Assembly (NCBI GenBank): GCA_051893155.1
Contig: JBJFGY010000062.1
Coordinates: 1-42,087, forward strand
Origin: Bacilli bacterium
GTDB taxonomy: Bacteria; Bacillota_I; Bacilli_A; RF39; UBA660
DNA length: 42,087 bases
Direction of reading: 5' to 3'
Positions within the stretch are counted from its first letter, which is position 1. Every line of letters begins with the position of its first letter. Under the pieces are notes generated by a model, which saw only the letters and a list, made by a program, of their open reading frames with translations, was not told the DNA's origin and ran no database searches. Made by a program: the position numbers and the translations under genes. Below are positions 1 to 9,039 of this stretch, one piece after another.

Positions 1-54
1 TTCATTTTTTTCTTATTTTTATCTCAAATCGGGAACTTTCAATTTAATTTACGC

Positions 55-588
55 TTATTTTATTAAATGACTAAATGCTAATATTATAATTATAATTATA
101 CCAATTAATTTTGCAATTAAGCCAAACTTTTTATATGTTAATTTACCTAACATTAAACCAACATATGTTATAAAAAATGAACAAACCATAAATATTGTAA
201 AACCAAAAAATGGAATTGAAGTGATGTTATTTATTCCAATTCCTATGGTAAAACTATCCAAACTTACAGTAAAAGCAAAAAAAATCATATTTAATAATGA
301 AAATTTTAAATTATTTTCTTTTTTATTAAATAAGTCAATTATCATTTCAATTCCTATAAAAATAAATAAAACAAATAATAATTTATTAGCATCTATATAT
401 ATAATTTTTTTTAGTATATTTCCTAAAATACTTCCTAAAAAAGGCATAATAAAATGAAATATTCCTACTATAAAAGAATATAATAAATAATCTTTTTTAT
501 TGTTATAATTTGTTCCTATAGAAAGTGCAAGTGAAAAAGAATCCATTGAAAGTGATAGTCCAATTAATAGTAAAATATAAATATTCAT
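55..588 (-). CDS. mntP: Manganese efflux pump MntP (DUF204 family)
   Basis: 177 aa polytopic membrane protein. It has the duplicated DUF204 signature: LSMDSFSLALSIG near the N-terminus and TVSLDSFTIGIG in the second half. Confidence 0.8.
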   Translation of the reverse strand: MNIYILLLIGLSLSMDSFSLALSIGTNYNNKKDYLLYSFIVGIFHFIMPFLGSILGNILKKIIYIDANKLLFVLFIFIGIEMIIDLFNKKENNLKFSLLNMIFFAFTVSLDSFTIGIGINNITSIPFFGFTIFMVCSFFITYVGLMLGKLTYKKFGLIAKLIGIIIIIILAFSHLIK

Positions 589-611
589 AATAAAGTATAT
601 AAAATATTGAA

Positions 612-1121
612 TTATTTATGATATTTATTTAATATTTCATTAATATAAAATTTATAATCAACATTTGAAAAATCAGTTTCTTTAGCATCAATTAAACATA
701 AAGGTGGAAAAAGTACACACCACCAATTTTCTCCATATCCATTTCCTAAAGTTATAACTAGTGATTCATAATTTCCTTCATTATATATAACTTCTTTATA
801 CTCTTTTTTTGGAAAATAATTATAACCATAATTTATTGTATAATCAATATTCATTTTATCTAACTCATTTTCCATACTATTTATATTTTTTTTAATATTT
901 GTTCTAGTTTCTTCTATATTTGAAGATTTTAACATTATATCAGTAATTATCGGTGTTATTTTTGTATTAGCTTCCCATTTATTTTTTTGATCTTGTGAAG
1001 AATTACTATTGGCAATTATTCTATATCTAATAGACTCATTTGGAATAGTTACTTGATTTTCTTTATTAATAGTAATTAAGAAAATAGTAAGAACAAATAA
1101 TATAATTATAATTTTTTTCAT
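612..1121 (-). CDS. spoIIR: Stage II sporulation protein R (SpoIIR)
   Basis: 169 aa with an N-terminal signal/TM segment. Contains the IRYRIIANSNSxxDQ and WWCVLFPPLCL motifs typical of SpoIIR. It lies near prfA-prmC, as in B. subtilis. Confidence 0.8.
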   Translation of the reverse strand: MKKIIIILFVLTIFLITINKENQVTIPNESIRYRIIANSNSSQDQKNKWEANTKITPIITDIMLKSSNIEETRTNIKKNINSMENELDKMNIDYTINYGYNYFPKKEYKEVIYNEGNYESLVITLGNGYGENWWCVLFPPLCLIDAKETDFSNVDYKFYINEILNKYHK

Positions 1122-1159
1122 TTAATCACCATTATAATAATGCAAAAAAAATAGATATT

Positions 1160-1879
1160 TTATTCATTTATTATAAATACATATCTATCTTTACTAGTTA
1201 AATCTTTTTCTATTTTAATAATAGACTTTGGATAATATTTTAAAGCTATTGTTTTAATGCTTTCACCTTGATTTTGTCCTATTTCAAAAGCAATAATATT
1301 TTTTTTATTTAAAAGATTAATTGATTTTTGTAAAATAATTTCATAAAAATATAAACCATTATTTTTAGAAAAAATAGCTACTTGTGGTTCAAATTTTGTC
1401 TTTTTATCAACACTTTCAAAATATGATACATAAGGAGGATTTGACACTATAATGTCATATTTTACATTACTAATAAATTTTTCAATACTTATATTAATAT
1501 AATTTATGGTAACATTTGTTTTTAAAGCATTGTTTTTAGCTAAATTTATGGCTTTTTTACTTATATCTATAGCCGTTAAATTACATTCAATATTTTTTTT
1601 TAAGTAAATACTTATACATCCACTTCCTGTACCAATATCTAAAATATTAGGATTATTAAAATTAAATTGTTTAATTAATTTAGTTAATTTATCTACTAAA
1701 CCTTCGGTTTCAAATCTTGGAATCAAAACATTTTTATTAACATCTATTTCTATACCTAAAAAATCTACATTACCAATTAAATATTGAACAGGATATCCTT
1801 TTTTTAATTTTTTTAATGCTTTTTTTTGTTTTTTTTCAGGAATATATTTTTTTATTAAATCAATATCAAAATTATCCAT
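1160..1879 (-). CDS. prmC: Release factor glutamine N5-methyltransferase PrmC/HemK
   Basis: SAM-binding motif DIGTGSGCI and catalytic NPPY (VSNPPYV). Located immediately downstream of prfA. Confidence 0.88.
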   Translation of the reverse strand: MDNFDIDLIKKYIPEKKQKKALKKLKKGYPVQYLIGNVDFLGIEIDVNKNVLIPRFETEGLVDKLTKLIKQFNFNNPNILDIGTGSGCISIYLKKNIECNLTAIDISKKAINLAKNNALKTNVTINYINISIEKFISNVKYDIIVSNPPYVSYFESVDKKTKFEPQVAIFSKNNGLYFYEIILQKSINLLNKKNIIAFEIGQNQGESIKTIALKYYPKSIIKIEKDLTSKDRYVFIINE

Positions 1880-1881
1880 TA

Positions 1882-2940
1882 TTATTTTAAACCTTCAAGT
1901 TTTAATCTCATATCTTCATTAATTAAAGCATCAATTATAGGATCTAAATAACCATTCATAACTCTATCTAATTCCATAATCGTAAAATTAATTCTATGAT
2001 CTGTAACTCGATTTTGTGGATAATTATAAGTTCTTATTTTTTCACTTCTATCACCAGAACCTATTTTACTTTTTCTTTCAGATTGTTCTTTATTATTTTT
2101 TTCTTCCTCTAGAGCAGAATTTATTTTTATTTTTAATAATTCTAAAGCTTTTTCTTTATTTTTTAATTGACTTCTTTCATCTTGACATGTTACTACTACG
2201 CCTGTTGGAATATGTGTAATTCTTACTGCAGAATTGCTTGTGTTTACACTTTGTCCTCCAGCTCCTGATGAGTGGTAAACATCTATTTTAAGATCATTTT
2301 CATTAATATTGATACTAACATTATCATATTTTGGCATAACTAAAACAGTTGCAGTTGATGTATGAACTCTACCCTGATTTTCAGTTTCTGGCACTCTTTG
2401 AACACGATGTGATCCACTTTCATATTTTAATTTAGAATAGACATCTTTACCTTTAACAATATATTCAATTTGAGCAAAACCACCTGAAGTACCTTCCACT
2501 GAATGAATAATTTCAATTTTCCAATGATTTTTTTCAGCGTAATATGAATACATTCTAAATAAATCTCCAGCAAAAATATTTGCTTCATCTCCTCCAGCTG
2601 CTCCTCTAATCTCCATTATTACATCTTTACCATCATTTTCATCTTTTGGTATTAACAAAAACTCAAGTTTATTTTGTAATTCTTTTTCTTGTTCTTCTAA
2701 AGATATTATTTCTTCATTTGCAATATCTTTTAATTCTGGATCATCAAGCATTAATTTTGTTTCTGCAATAGAATTTAAAACATTTTTATATTCTTTATAT
2801 ACAGTAACAGTTTCTTCTAAATCACTTTTTTCTTTAGAAATATCTTTGAGTAAATTATAATTATTTAAAACTTCTGAATTTGTTAATTTTTCAGTTAATT
2901 CATTATATTTATTTAACATTGTTTCCAGTCTATCTATCAT
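1882..2940 (-). CDS. prfA: Peptide chain release factor 1
   Basis: GGQ motif (SGAGGQSVN), an RF1-type PxT tripeptide (RVPETE) and HRVQRVP. Full-length 352 aa. Confidence 0.97.
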   Translation of the reverse strand: MIDRLETMLNKYNELTEKLTNSEVLNNYNLLKDISKEKSDLEETVTVYKEYKNVLNSIAETKLMLDDPELKDIANEEIISLEEQEKELQNKLEFLLIPKDENDGKDVIMEIRGAAGGDEANIFAGDLFRMYSYYAEKNHWKIEIIHSVEGTSGGFAQIEYIVKGKDVYSKLKYESGSHRVQRVPETENQGRVHTSTATVLVMPKYDNVSININENDLKIDVYHSSGAGGQSVNTSNSAVRITHIPTGVVVTCQDERSQLKNKEKALELLKIKINSALEEEKNNKEQSERKSKIGSGDRSEKIRTYNYPQNRVTDHRINFTIMELDRVMNGYLDPIIDALINEDMRLKLEGLK

Positions 2941-2961
2941 TTTTTCACATCCTTTTTAGCA

Positions 2962-2988
2962 CAAAAAACAAGCATTAAATACTTGTTT
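2962..2988 (-). terminator. Putative intrinsic terminator after rpoE
   Basis: On the minus strand: AACAAG-(9 nt loop)-CUUGUU followed by a U-run. The hairpin overlaps the rpoE stop codon. Confidence 0.45.
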
Positions 2989-3421
2989 CATCTTCTTCAT
3001 CAACTACCATAAAGTCAGATAGTTCATCATCAGCAGTATCTACATCGTCTTCATCTGATGAATTATCATAAAAAATATCATCTTCATCATCAGAAATATC
3101 TTCTTCATCGACAATTTCTTCTTCAATATCTTCTGAATCTATATCATCCTCATCTTCTATAATTACATTAGGAGTATGATTTTTTCTTAAATCACAAAAT
3201 CCTTTTTCAAGAACAATAAATTCTTTATTTGTTGAAATAAGATCATAAAAATCCGCTATCTTATCTTCAAAATCTTTGTCAGACATATTTTTTAATTCAC
3301 ATATTTTTTTAAATATATCAATAATTTTCATTTGTTTTTTATTTTCTTGTAATATCAAATTTGCTAGTTCATCATAACTTAAAGTATCAATATCATCTTT
3401 TGTTAAATTATTAATGCTCAT
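2975..3421 (-). CDS. rpoE: DNA-directed RNA polymerase delta subunit
   Basis: 148 aa. The N-terminal HARE-HTH-like domain (LSYDELANLILQE...FYDLISTNKEFIVL) is collinear with B. subtilis RpoE. The C-terminal tail is strongly Asp/Glu-rich. Confidence 0.8.
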   Translation of the reverse strand: MSINNLTKDDIDTLSYDELANLILQENKKQMKIIDIFKKICELKNMSDKDFEDKIADFYDLISTNKEFIVLEKGFCDLRKNHTPNVIIEDEDDIDSEDIEEEIVDEEDISDDEDDIFYDNSSDEDDVDTADDELSDFMVVDEEDETSI

Positions 3422-3423
3422 TT

Positions 3424-5034
3424 TTACATCCTTTCTTTAGGTATAACTCCAATTAAATTAAGCGAGTTATATAATGTTATCTTAACAGCATATATTAAAT
3501 TAATATTTTCTTTTGTTTTCATTTCATCTTCACAAATTATTTTGTTATTTTCATAATAATTATGAAATAATGTGGCTAGTTCATAGGAATAATTAGCAAT
3601 AATATGTGGCATTTTTTTTAAGCATGCATTTTTAACAACATCTGAAAATTTATATAAACATGCTAACAAATTATATGCAGAATCACTTTCTATTGTACTA
3701 TAATTATTTATATTTTCAATTGGTTTATTATATTTATTTAATATTGAACAAATTCTTGCATAAGCATAACATATATAATAAACTTGATTTTCATTTGAAT
3801 TACTTCTTGCAAGATCAATATCAAAATCCATTTGTGTATCTAAAGAATATTTTGAAAAATAATATCTTACTGCATTTACAGAAGTATCATCCATTAAATC
3901 TTTTAAAGTTATAATTTTACCAGTTCTTTTATGCATAGTAACTACTTCTTTATTTTGAATTATTCTTACTAATTGAAGTAGTTTAACATCTATATATTCA
4001 TCATTTAATCCTAATGCTTTAATTGCACTTTTTAATCTTGCTACATAACCATGATGGTCAGTTCCAAGTACATCAATTATTTGAGTAAATCCCCTTAAAA
4101 TTTTGTCTTCATGATAAAGGATATCTGGTAATAAATATGTATTTGTCCCATCATTTTTTATAAGAACATGATCTTTATCATCATAAAGTTCACTACTTTT
4201 AAACCAAATAGCTCCATCTTTTTCGTATATATAACCATTACTTCTCATTTTATCAATAGCATCATTAAATGAATATTTATTTAAAATTGCTTTTTCAGAA
4301 GTAATAACATCATATTCTATTCTATATTCTTTTAAATGTTCAAAAATTTTATCAGTTAAATATTTCGTAGAATAATCTTTTATAAATTCATAATCATTAT
4401 CTACGTATTTTTTACCAAATTCATTAAATAATTTTTCAGCAATGTCATAAATCTCTTTTCCAGGATAACCATTTTCAGGAAATTCGTTATCAATACCACA
4501 TAATGTTAAGTATCTACTATAAACAGAATTTGCAAGTTTAGTGATTTGACTTCCAGCATCATTCATATAATATTCTTTTGTTACATTAAAACCACAAAAA
4601 GACATAATACGTGCTAAAGAATCACCATAAGCTCCACCTCTAGCATTTCCCATATGCAAAATACCAGTAGGATTTGCAGATACAAATTCAATATTAACTT
4701 TTTCGTTATTACCAAAATTATTTCTTCCATAATTTTCATTTAATTGCAATATATTATTTATATTATTAATTAAATAATCCTTTTTTAGAAAAAAATTTAT
4801 AAATCCTGGTTTTGCAATTTTTATTTCTTTAATATCTTCATCATTAATACCTTCAATAATTTTCTGTGCTAATTCAATTGGATTCATATTAATTTTCTTA
4901 CAATTTTTTAAAGCTACATTTGTACTATAATCACCATTTTCTTTACATTTGGGTATTTCTAAAATAATATTTTCATCAGAAAATCCTAATTCATTTATTC
5001 TTTTTTTTAATATAAAAATAATTTTTTCTTTCAT
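3424..5034 (-). CDS. argS: Arginine--tRNA ligase
   Basis: 536 aa class I aaRS. Has the HIGH-type motif (SANPTGILHMGNARGG) and the typical ArgRS N-terminal and anticodon-binding regions. Confidence 0.95.
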   Translation of the reverse strand: MKEKIIFILKKRINELGFSDENIILEIPKCKENGDYSTNVALKNCKKINMNPIELAQKIIEGINDEDIKEIKIAKPGFINFFLKKDYLINNINNILQLNENYGRNNFGNNEKVNIEFVSANPTGILHMGNARGGAYGDSLARIMSFCGFNVTKEYYMNDAGSQITKLANSVYSRYLTLCGIDNEFPENGYPGKEIYDIAEKLFNEFGKKYVDNDYEFIKDYSTKYLTDKIFEHLKEYRIEYDVITSEKAILNKYSFNDAIDKMRSNGYIYEKDGAIWFKSSELYDDKDHVLIKNDGTNTYLLPDILYHEDKILRGFTQIIDVLGTDHHGYVARLKSAIKALGLNDEYIDVKLLQLVRIIQNKEVVTMHKRTGKIITLKDLMDDTSVNAVRYYFSKYSLDTQMDFDIDLARSNSNENQVYYICYAYARICSILNKYNKPIENINNYSTIESDSAYNLLACLYKFSDVVKNACLKKMPHIIANYSYELATLFHNYYENNKIICEDEMKTKENINLIYAVKITLYNSLNLIGVIPKERM

Positions 5035-5142
5035 ATATAGTATTCCTTTCTTGATATTATTCCTTTTTTTCTAAAACATTATAGCATATATATATTAAAA
5101 ATGCACTCATAAATTTAATTTTTTTTATAATACTAAATATAG

Positions 5143-7095
5143 GTGAAAAATTTGCATATTTTAAATAAAATTTATAAAATTATTTTATTTACATTTTTAT
5201 CTATAATAATTATTATTATAGGTTTATATTCATATGCCTATTTTTCTGAACCTATAGTTTTAAATTCTTACCATACTTACGAGTTATATGACAATAATAA
5301 TAATATATTTTATGAAGGCACTAACCAAAATAAATGGAGTAAAATTGATAATATTTCTGATAATTTAAAAAATGCTGTTATTTCAGTAGAAGATAAAAAT
5401 TTTTATGAACATAATGGATTCGATTATTTAAGAATAGTTAAAGCTTTTATAAAGAATATAAAAAACAAAAAAATTGTTGAAGGTGGTAGTACAATTTCCC
5501 AACAATACGTAAAAAATGCCTTTTTAGATTTTGATAAAACTTGGTCTAGAAAAATAAAAGAAGCAATGATGACATTAAACTTAGAAGTTCACTACTCAAA
5601 AGATGAAATACTTGAAGCATACTTAAATACAATTAATTATGGATTAGGAAACTATGGTATTGTAAGTGCCGCATCTTTTTATTTTAATAAAAATGTGGCT
5701 GATTTAACTTTGGAAGAAGCCTTAATCTTAGCAGGTATACCAAAAAATCCAAGTAATTATAATCCCGTGTCAAATTATGAAAAAAGCATACAAAGAGCTA
5801 AAGTTGTTGCCTTATCTATGCTTAATAATGGTTATCTAACTGAAAATGAATATGATAATTTATTTAAAAATAAAATTGAAATTTATGGAATAAAAAATAA
5901 TAATAATTTACAAATGATATCCTATTATGAAGATGCTGTGTATAATGAATTAAAAAATACTTTAGGGTTTAGTGAAGAGGCAATTAACTATGGAAATTTA
6001 AAAATATATACATCTTTAGATATGAATGCTCAAAAAATACTTGAAGATGAAATATTAAATAATATATCAGATGAAAATTTACAAGTAGCATCGGTTATAA
6101 TATCACCAGAAACAGGGGAAGTTTTAGCATTAACTGGTGGTATGAATTATAATAAAAGTGAATATAATAGAGCTTTAAACTCAAAAAGACAAGTTGGTTC
6201 AACAATGAAACCTTTTTTATATTATGGAGCTTTAGATAGTGGCATGACTTCGTCTTCCACATTTTTAAGCCAATATACTACATTTTCTCTTTCAAATGGT
6301 AAAACTTATTCACCAAAAAACTTTGCTAATTTATACGCAAATAAAGAAATTACAATGGCTGCTGCAATTGCTTATTCTGATAATATATATGCTGTTAAGA
6401 CAAATCTTTTTTTAGGTGTTGATAAATTAATTGAAACTGCTAAATTATGTGGAATTAAAGGTGAACTTTCTAATGTAACATCACTTGCTCTTGGTACTAG
6501 CGAACTCAATATATTAGATTTTGCAAATGGTTATAATACTTTTGCTACTGGTGGTTATAAAAAAAATATTTATTTTATAAATAAAATTGAAGATAAAAAT
6601 GGAAATATAATATATGAACATCAAAACGAAAATAATTTAGTACTTAATCCAAACTATGTGTATATATTAAATGAAATGTTAACTAGTACTACCAATTCAG
6701 CATTTATTGACTATAATACACCAACTGCATTAAACATCGCCTCAAAATTAAAGAAAAAATATGCATTTAAAACAGGAACAACAGATACAGATTATTGGGC
6801 AGTTGGTTATAATAAAGATTTATTAATGTTAATATGGACTGGTTATGATGATAATAGTAATATTGAATTAAAAGTTGGCAATGAAGTTAAAAATATTTGG
6901 GCAAATGTTGTAACATATTTACAAAATAATGAGAATAATTCTTGGTATGATATGCCAAATAATGTAGTTGGTCTTCCATTAAACTCTATTAGTGGTAAAC
7001 CAACAAACGATAGTAATCATATGACAATGTTTTATTATTTAAAAGGTAGTGAACCTGAATATAATATTAATACATATAAAAAAGAAGATAATTAA
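5143..7095 (+). CDS. Class A penicillin-binding protein (bifunctional glycosyltransferase/transpeptidase)
   Basis: GT51 motifs EDKNFYEHNGFD and GGSTISQQ. Transpeptidase motifs STMKP (SxxK) and KTGTT. N-terminal TM anchor. The start is uncertain: GTG at 5143 or TTG at 5152, which lies 6 nt after AGGTG. Confidence 0.9.
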   Translation: MKNLHILNKIYKIILFTFLSIIIIIIGLYSYAYFSEPIVLNSYHTYELYDNNNNIFYEGTNQNKWSKIDNISDNLKNAVISVEDKNFYEHNGFDYLRIVKAFIKNIKNKKIVEGGSTISQQYVKNAFLDFDKTWSRKIKEAMMTLNLEVHYSKDEILEAYLNTINYGLGNYGIVSAASFYFNKNVADLTLEEALILAGIPKNPSNYNPVSNYEKSIQRAKVVALSMLNNGYLTENEYDNLFKNKIEIYGIKNNNNLQMISYYEDAVYNELKNTLGFSEEAINYGNLKIYTSLDMNAQKILEDEILNNISDENLQVASVIISPETGEVLALTGGMNYNKSEYNRALNSKRQVGSTMKPFLYYGALDSGMTSSSTFLSQYTTFSLSNGKTYSPKNFANLYANKEITMAAAIAYSDNIYAVKTNLFLGVDKLIETAKLCGIKGELSNVTSLALGTSELNILDFANGYNTFATGGYKKNIYFINKIEDKNGNIIYEHQNENNLVLNPNYVYILNEMLTSTTNSAFIDYNTPTALNIASKLKKKYAFKTGTTDTDYWAVGYNKDLLMLIWTGYDDNSNIELKVGNEVKNIWANVVTYLQNNENNSWYDMPNNVVGLPLNSISGKPTNDSNHMTMFYYLKGSEPEYNINTYKKEDN

Positions 7096-8247
7096 TTATT
7101 TTTTTTCAGAAATAGTTATAATATAAGTTATTCTATCATTATCTTCTTCAATATTTTTTTGTATAGAATAAGAATTCTCTAATATATTTAAAGAATTGTC
7201 AATAATATTTTTAGCTATAGAATAGTCAATATTTTTAGGATGCTGAGGAAGTGGTGGAAAAAAATCTAAACTATCAACTGAAGTAATTACATTTTCATGA
7301 TTTAATTGATTATCAATTTTAGATATATCATTGTTAAAATTAATATTATTATCTTCACTAGATAAAGTTGTTGATTGATTACTTTCTAATTCGTTATTTA
7401 ATGGAGACTGAAAATCAAAATTTAGATAAGAATTGTTTAATGGATTATTAGTTTCATTAATACTCATATTTGCTTGTTCATCTTCAAGATTATTAAAAAA
7501 TCTATTAGTATTTTTTTCACCAAGATTAATAGGCCCAAAGTTATTTTTATTTGGATTATTAATTGGTTGAATTAAAGGAATATCAATGTCATGAGACTCA
7601 TTTTTTAATTTATTAATGTCTAAATTAAATGTTAAATCATTTGTTCCATATTCTTTTGCAAGTTCTCTTTCAAGATCTTTAACATTTAATTTATTATCAA
7701 TAATCTTATTTAACCAAATTATTTGCTCATTACTTTCTTTTAATTTTAATAAACTTCTTGCGTGTCTTTCAGATATCTTATTATTTAAAAGGGCATCTTG
7801 TACCTCTTTAGGCAAAGTTAATAGTTTCAATTTATTTTGAAGAACACTTTCTGGAACTCCTATTTTTTGTGCAAGTTCTTGTTTATTCATAAATCCTTGA
7901 CTTAATAGTGCTTGATATGATTTTGCTTCTTCAATAGGATTTAATTCTTTTCTCTGAACATTTTCACTAATTGCAACTTCTGCACTAGTCTTATCATCTA
8001 TATTTGAAAGTATTGCTGGAACACTAGTAAGTCCTACCATCATTGCAGCACGATATCTTCTTTCACCTGAAACTATTTCATATTTATCTCCAAGTCTACG
8101 TACTACTAATGGTTGAATAATTCCATGTTCTTTTATAGAGGCTGCTAAATCTCTTAATGAGGCATCATCAAAAACTAATCGTGGTTGAAACCGATTAGGA
8201 ATAATATCTTCTATTGCAATATTTATCACACTAGATTCAAAATTCAT
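7096..8247 (-). CDS. ParB/Noc-family DNA-binding protein with an Asn-rich C-terminal insert (in the Noc genomic position)
   Basis: ParB N-domain motifs IIPNRFQPR, GIIQPLVVR and GERRYRAA, with an HTH region (QELAQKIGVPESVLQNKLKLLTLP ... ISERHARSL). The start is set at ATG 8247 (MNFESS), preceded by GAAGGGG. The ORF track start at 8277 has no RBS. The gene lies directly downstream of rsmG, like B. subtilis noc. Confidence 0.85.
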   Translation of the reverse strand: MNFESSVINIAIEDIIPNRFQPRLVFDDASLRDLAASIKEHGIIQPLVVRRLGDKYEIVSGERRYRAAMMVGLTSVPAILSNIDDKTSAEVAISENVQRKELNPIEEAKSYQALLSQGFMNKQELAQKIGVPESVLQNKLKLLTLPKEVQDALLNNKISERHARSLLKLKESNEQIIWLNKIIDNKLNVKDLERELAKEYGTNDLTFNLDINKLKNESHDIDIPLIQPINNPNKNNFGPINLGEKNTNRFFNNLEDEQANMSINETNNPLNNSYLNFDFQSPLNNELESNQSTTLSSEDNNINFNNDISKIDNQLNHENVITSVDSLDFFPPLPQHPKNIDYSIAKNIIDNSLNILENSYSIQKNIEEDNDRITYIITISEKK

Positions 8248-8304
8248 ATAAGCCCCTTCTCTATAATAATCATACATTAAGTTTTATTTTTTTTCAATAG
8301 ATTA

Positions 8305-9039
8305 TTATTTTATTATATTTATTTTTTTTCGTCTCATTTCACTTTTTTTTAATAATGCTGCATAATTTATCTGTGAATTTGTAGTATTTTTTTTATTAAT
8401 CATAATAATACTTCTAGTTTCATTATTAATTAAATCATATTTTGTGATTCTAATACTTTTAATATTTAATTCTTCTTTATATTTTTGTAATAAATCAATT
8501 TCTTCTTGATAATTTCCTTTCATTAATATTACACTTCCATCTTTCTTAATAAATGGAAGTGATAAAGAAGTAATAATATCAATATACGCTACTGCTCTAG
8601 ATATGCAAATATCATATTCATTTAAATGATTTTTCATATATTCTTCTGCTCTTAAATTTATAACATTAATATTTTGTAAATCTAATTTTTTTATTAATTC
8701 ATTTAAAAAATTAGTTTTTTTATTGTTAGAATCTAAAAGAGTTATTTTAATATTTGGGAAAAAAATTTTCAAAACAATTCCAGGAAATCCAGCACCAGAA
8801 CCAATATCAATTAAACTATCAATTTGATTAAAATTAACTACTTTTGTTACCATTAAAGAATCTAAAAAATGCTTAATATATACATCTTCTTGTTTTGTAA
8901 TTGCAGTAATATTAGTATGATTATTATATTGTATTAAAAATTTATAATACTGTTTAAGTAAATCTAATTTTTTTTCATTTATCTCAATATTTAATTTAGA
9001 TAATTCATTTATAAAAACATCATTTATCATTTTTTGCAT
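8305..9039 (-). CDS. rsmG: 16S rRNA (guanine527-N7)-methyltransferase RsmG/GidB
   Basis: SAM motif DIGSGAGFPG. Has the conserved position downstream of mnmG. Confidence 0.9.
   Translation of the reverse strand: MQKMINDVFINELSKLNIEINEKKLDLLKQYYKFLIQYNNHTNITAITKQEDVYIKHFLDSLMVTKVVNFNQIDSLIDIGSGAGFPGIVLKIFFPNIKITLLDSNNKKTNFLNELIKKLDLQNINVINLRAEEYMKNHLNEYDICISRAVAYIDIITSLSLPFIKKDGSVILMKGNYQEEIDLLQKYKEELNIKSIRITKYDLINNETRSIIMINKKNTTNSQINYAALLKKSEMRRKKINIIK

Noticed and set aside
5035-5142. A possible T-box or other leader upstream of argS, as in many Firmicutes.
   Set aside because: The intergenic region is only 108 nt, is shared with the divergent PBP gene, and contains no T-box sequence.
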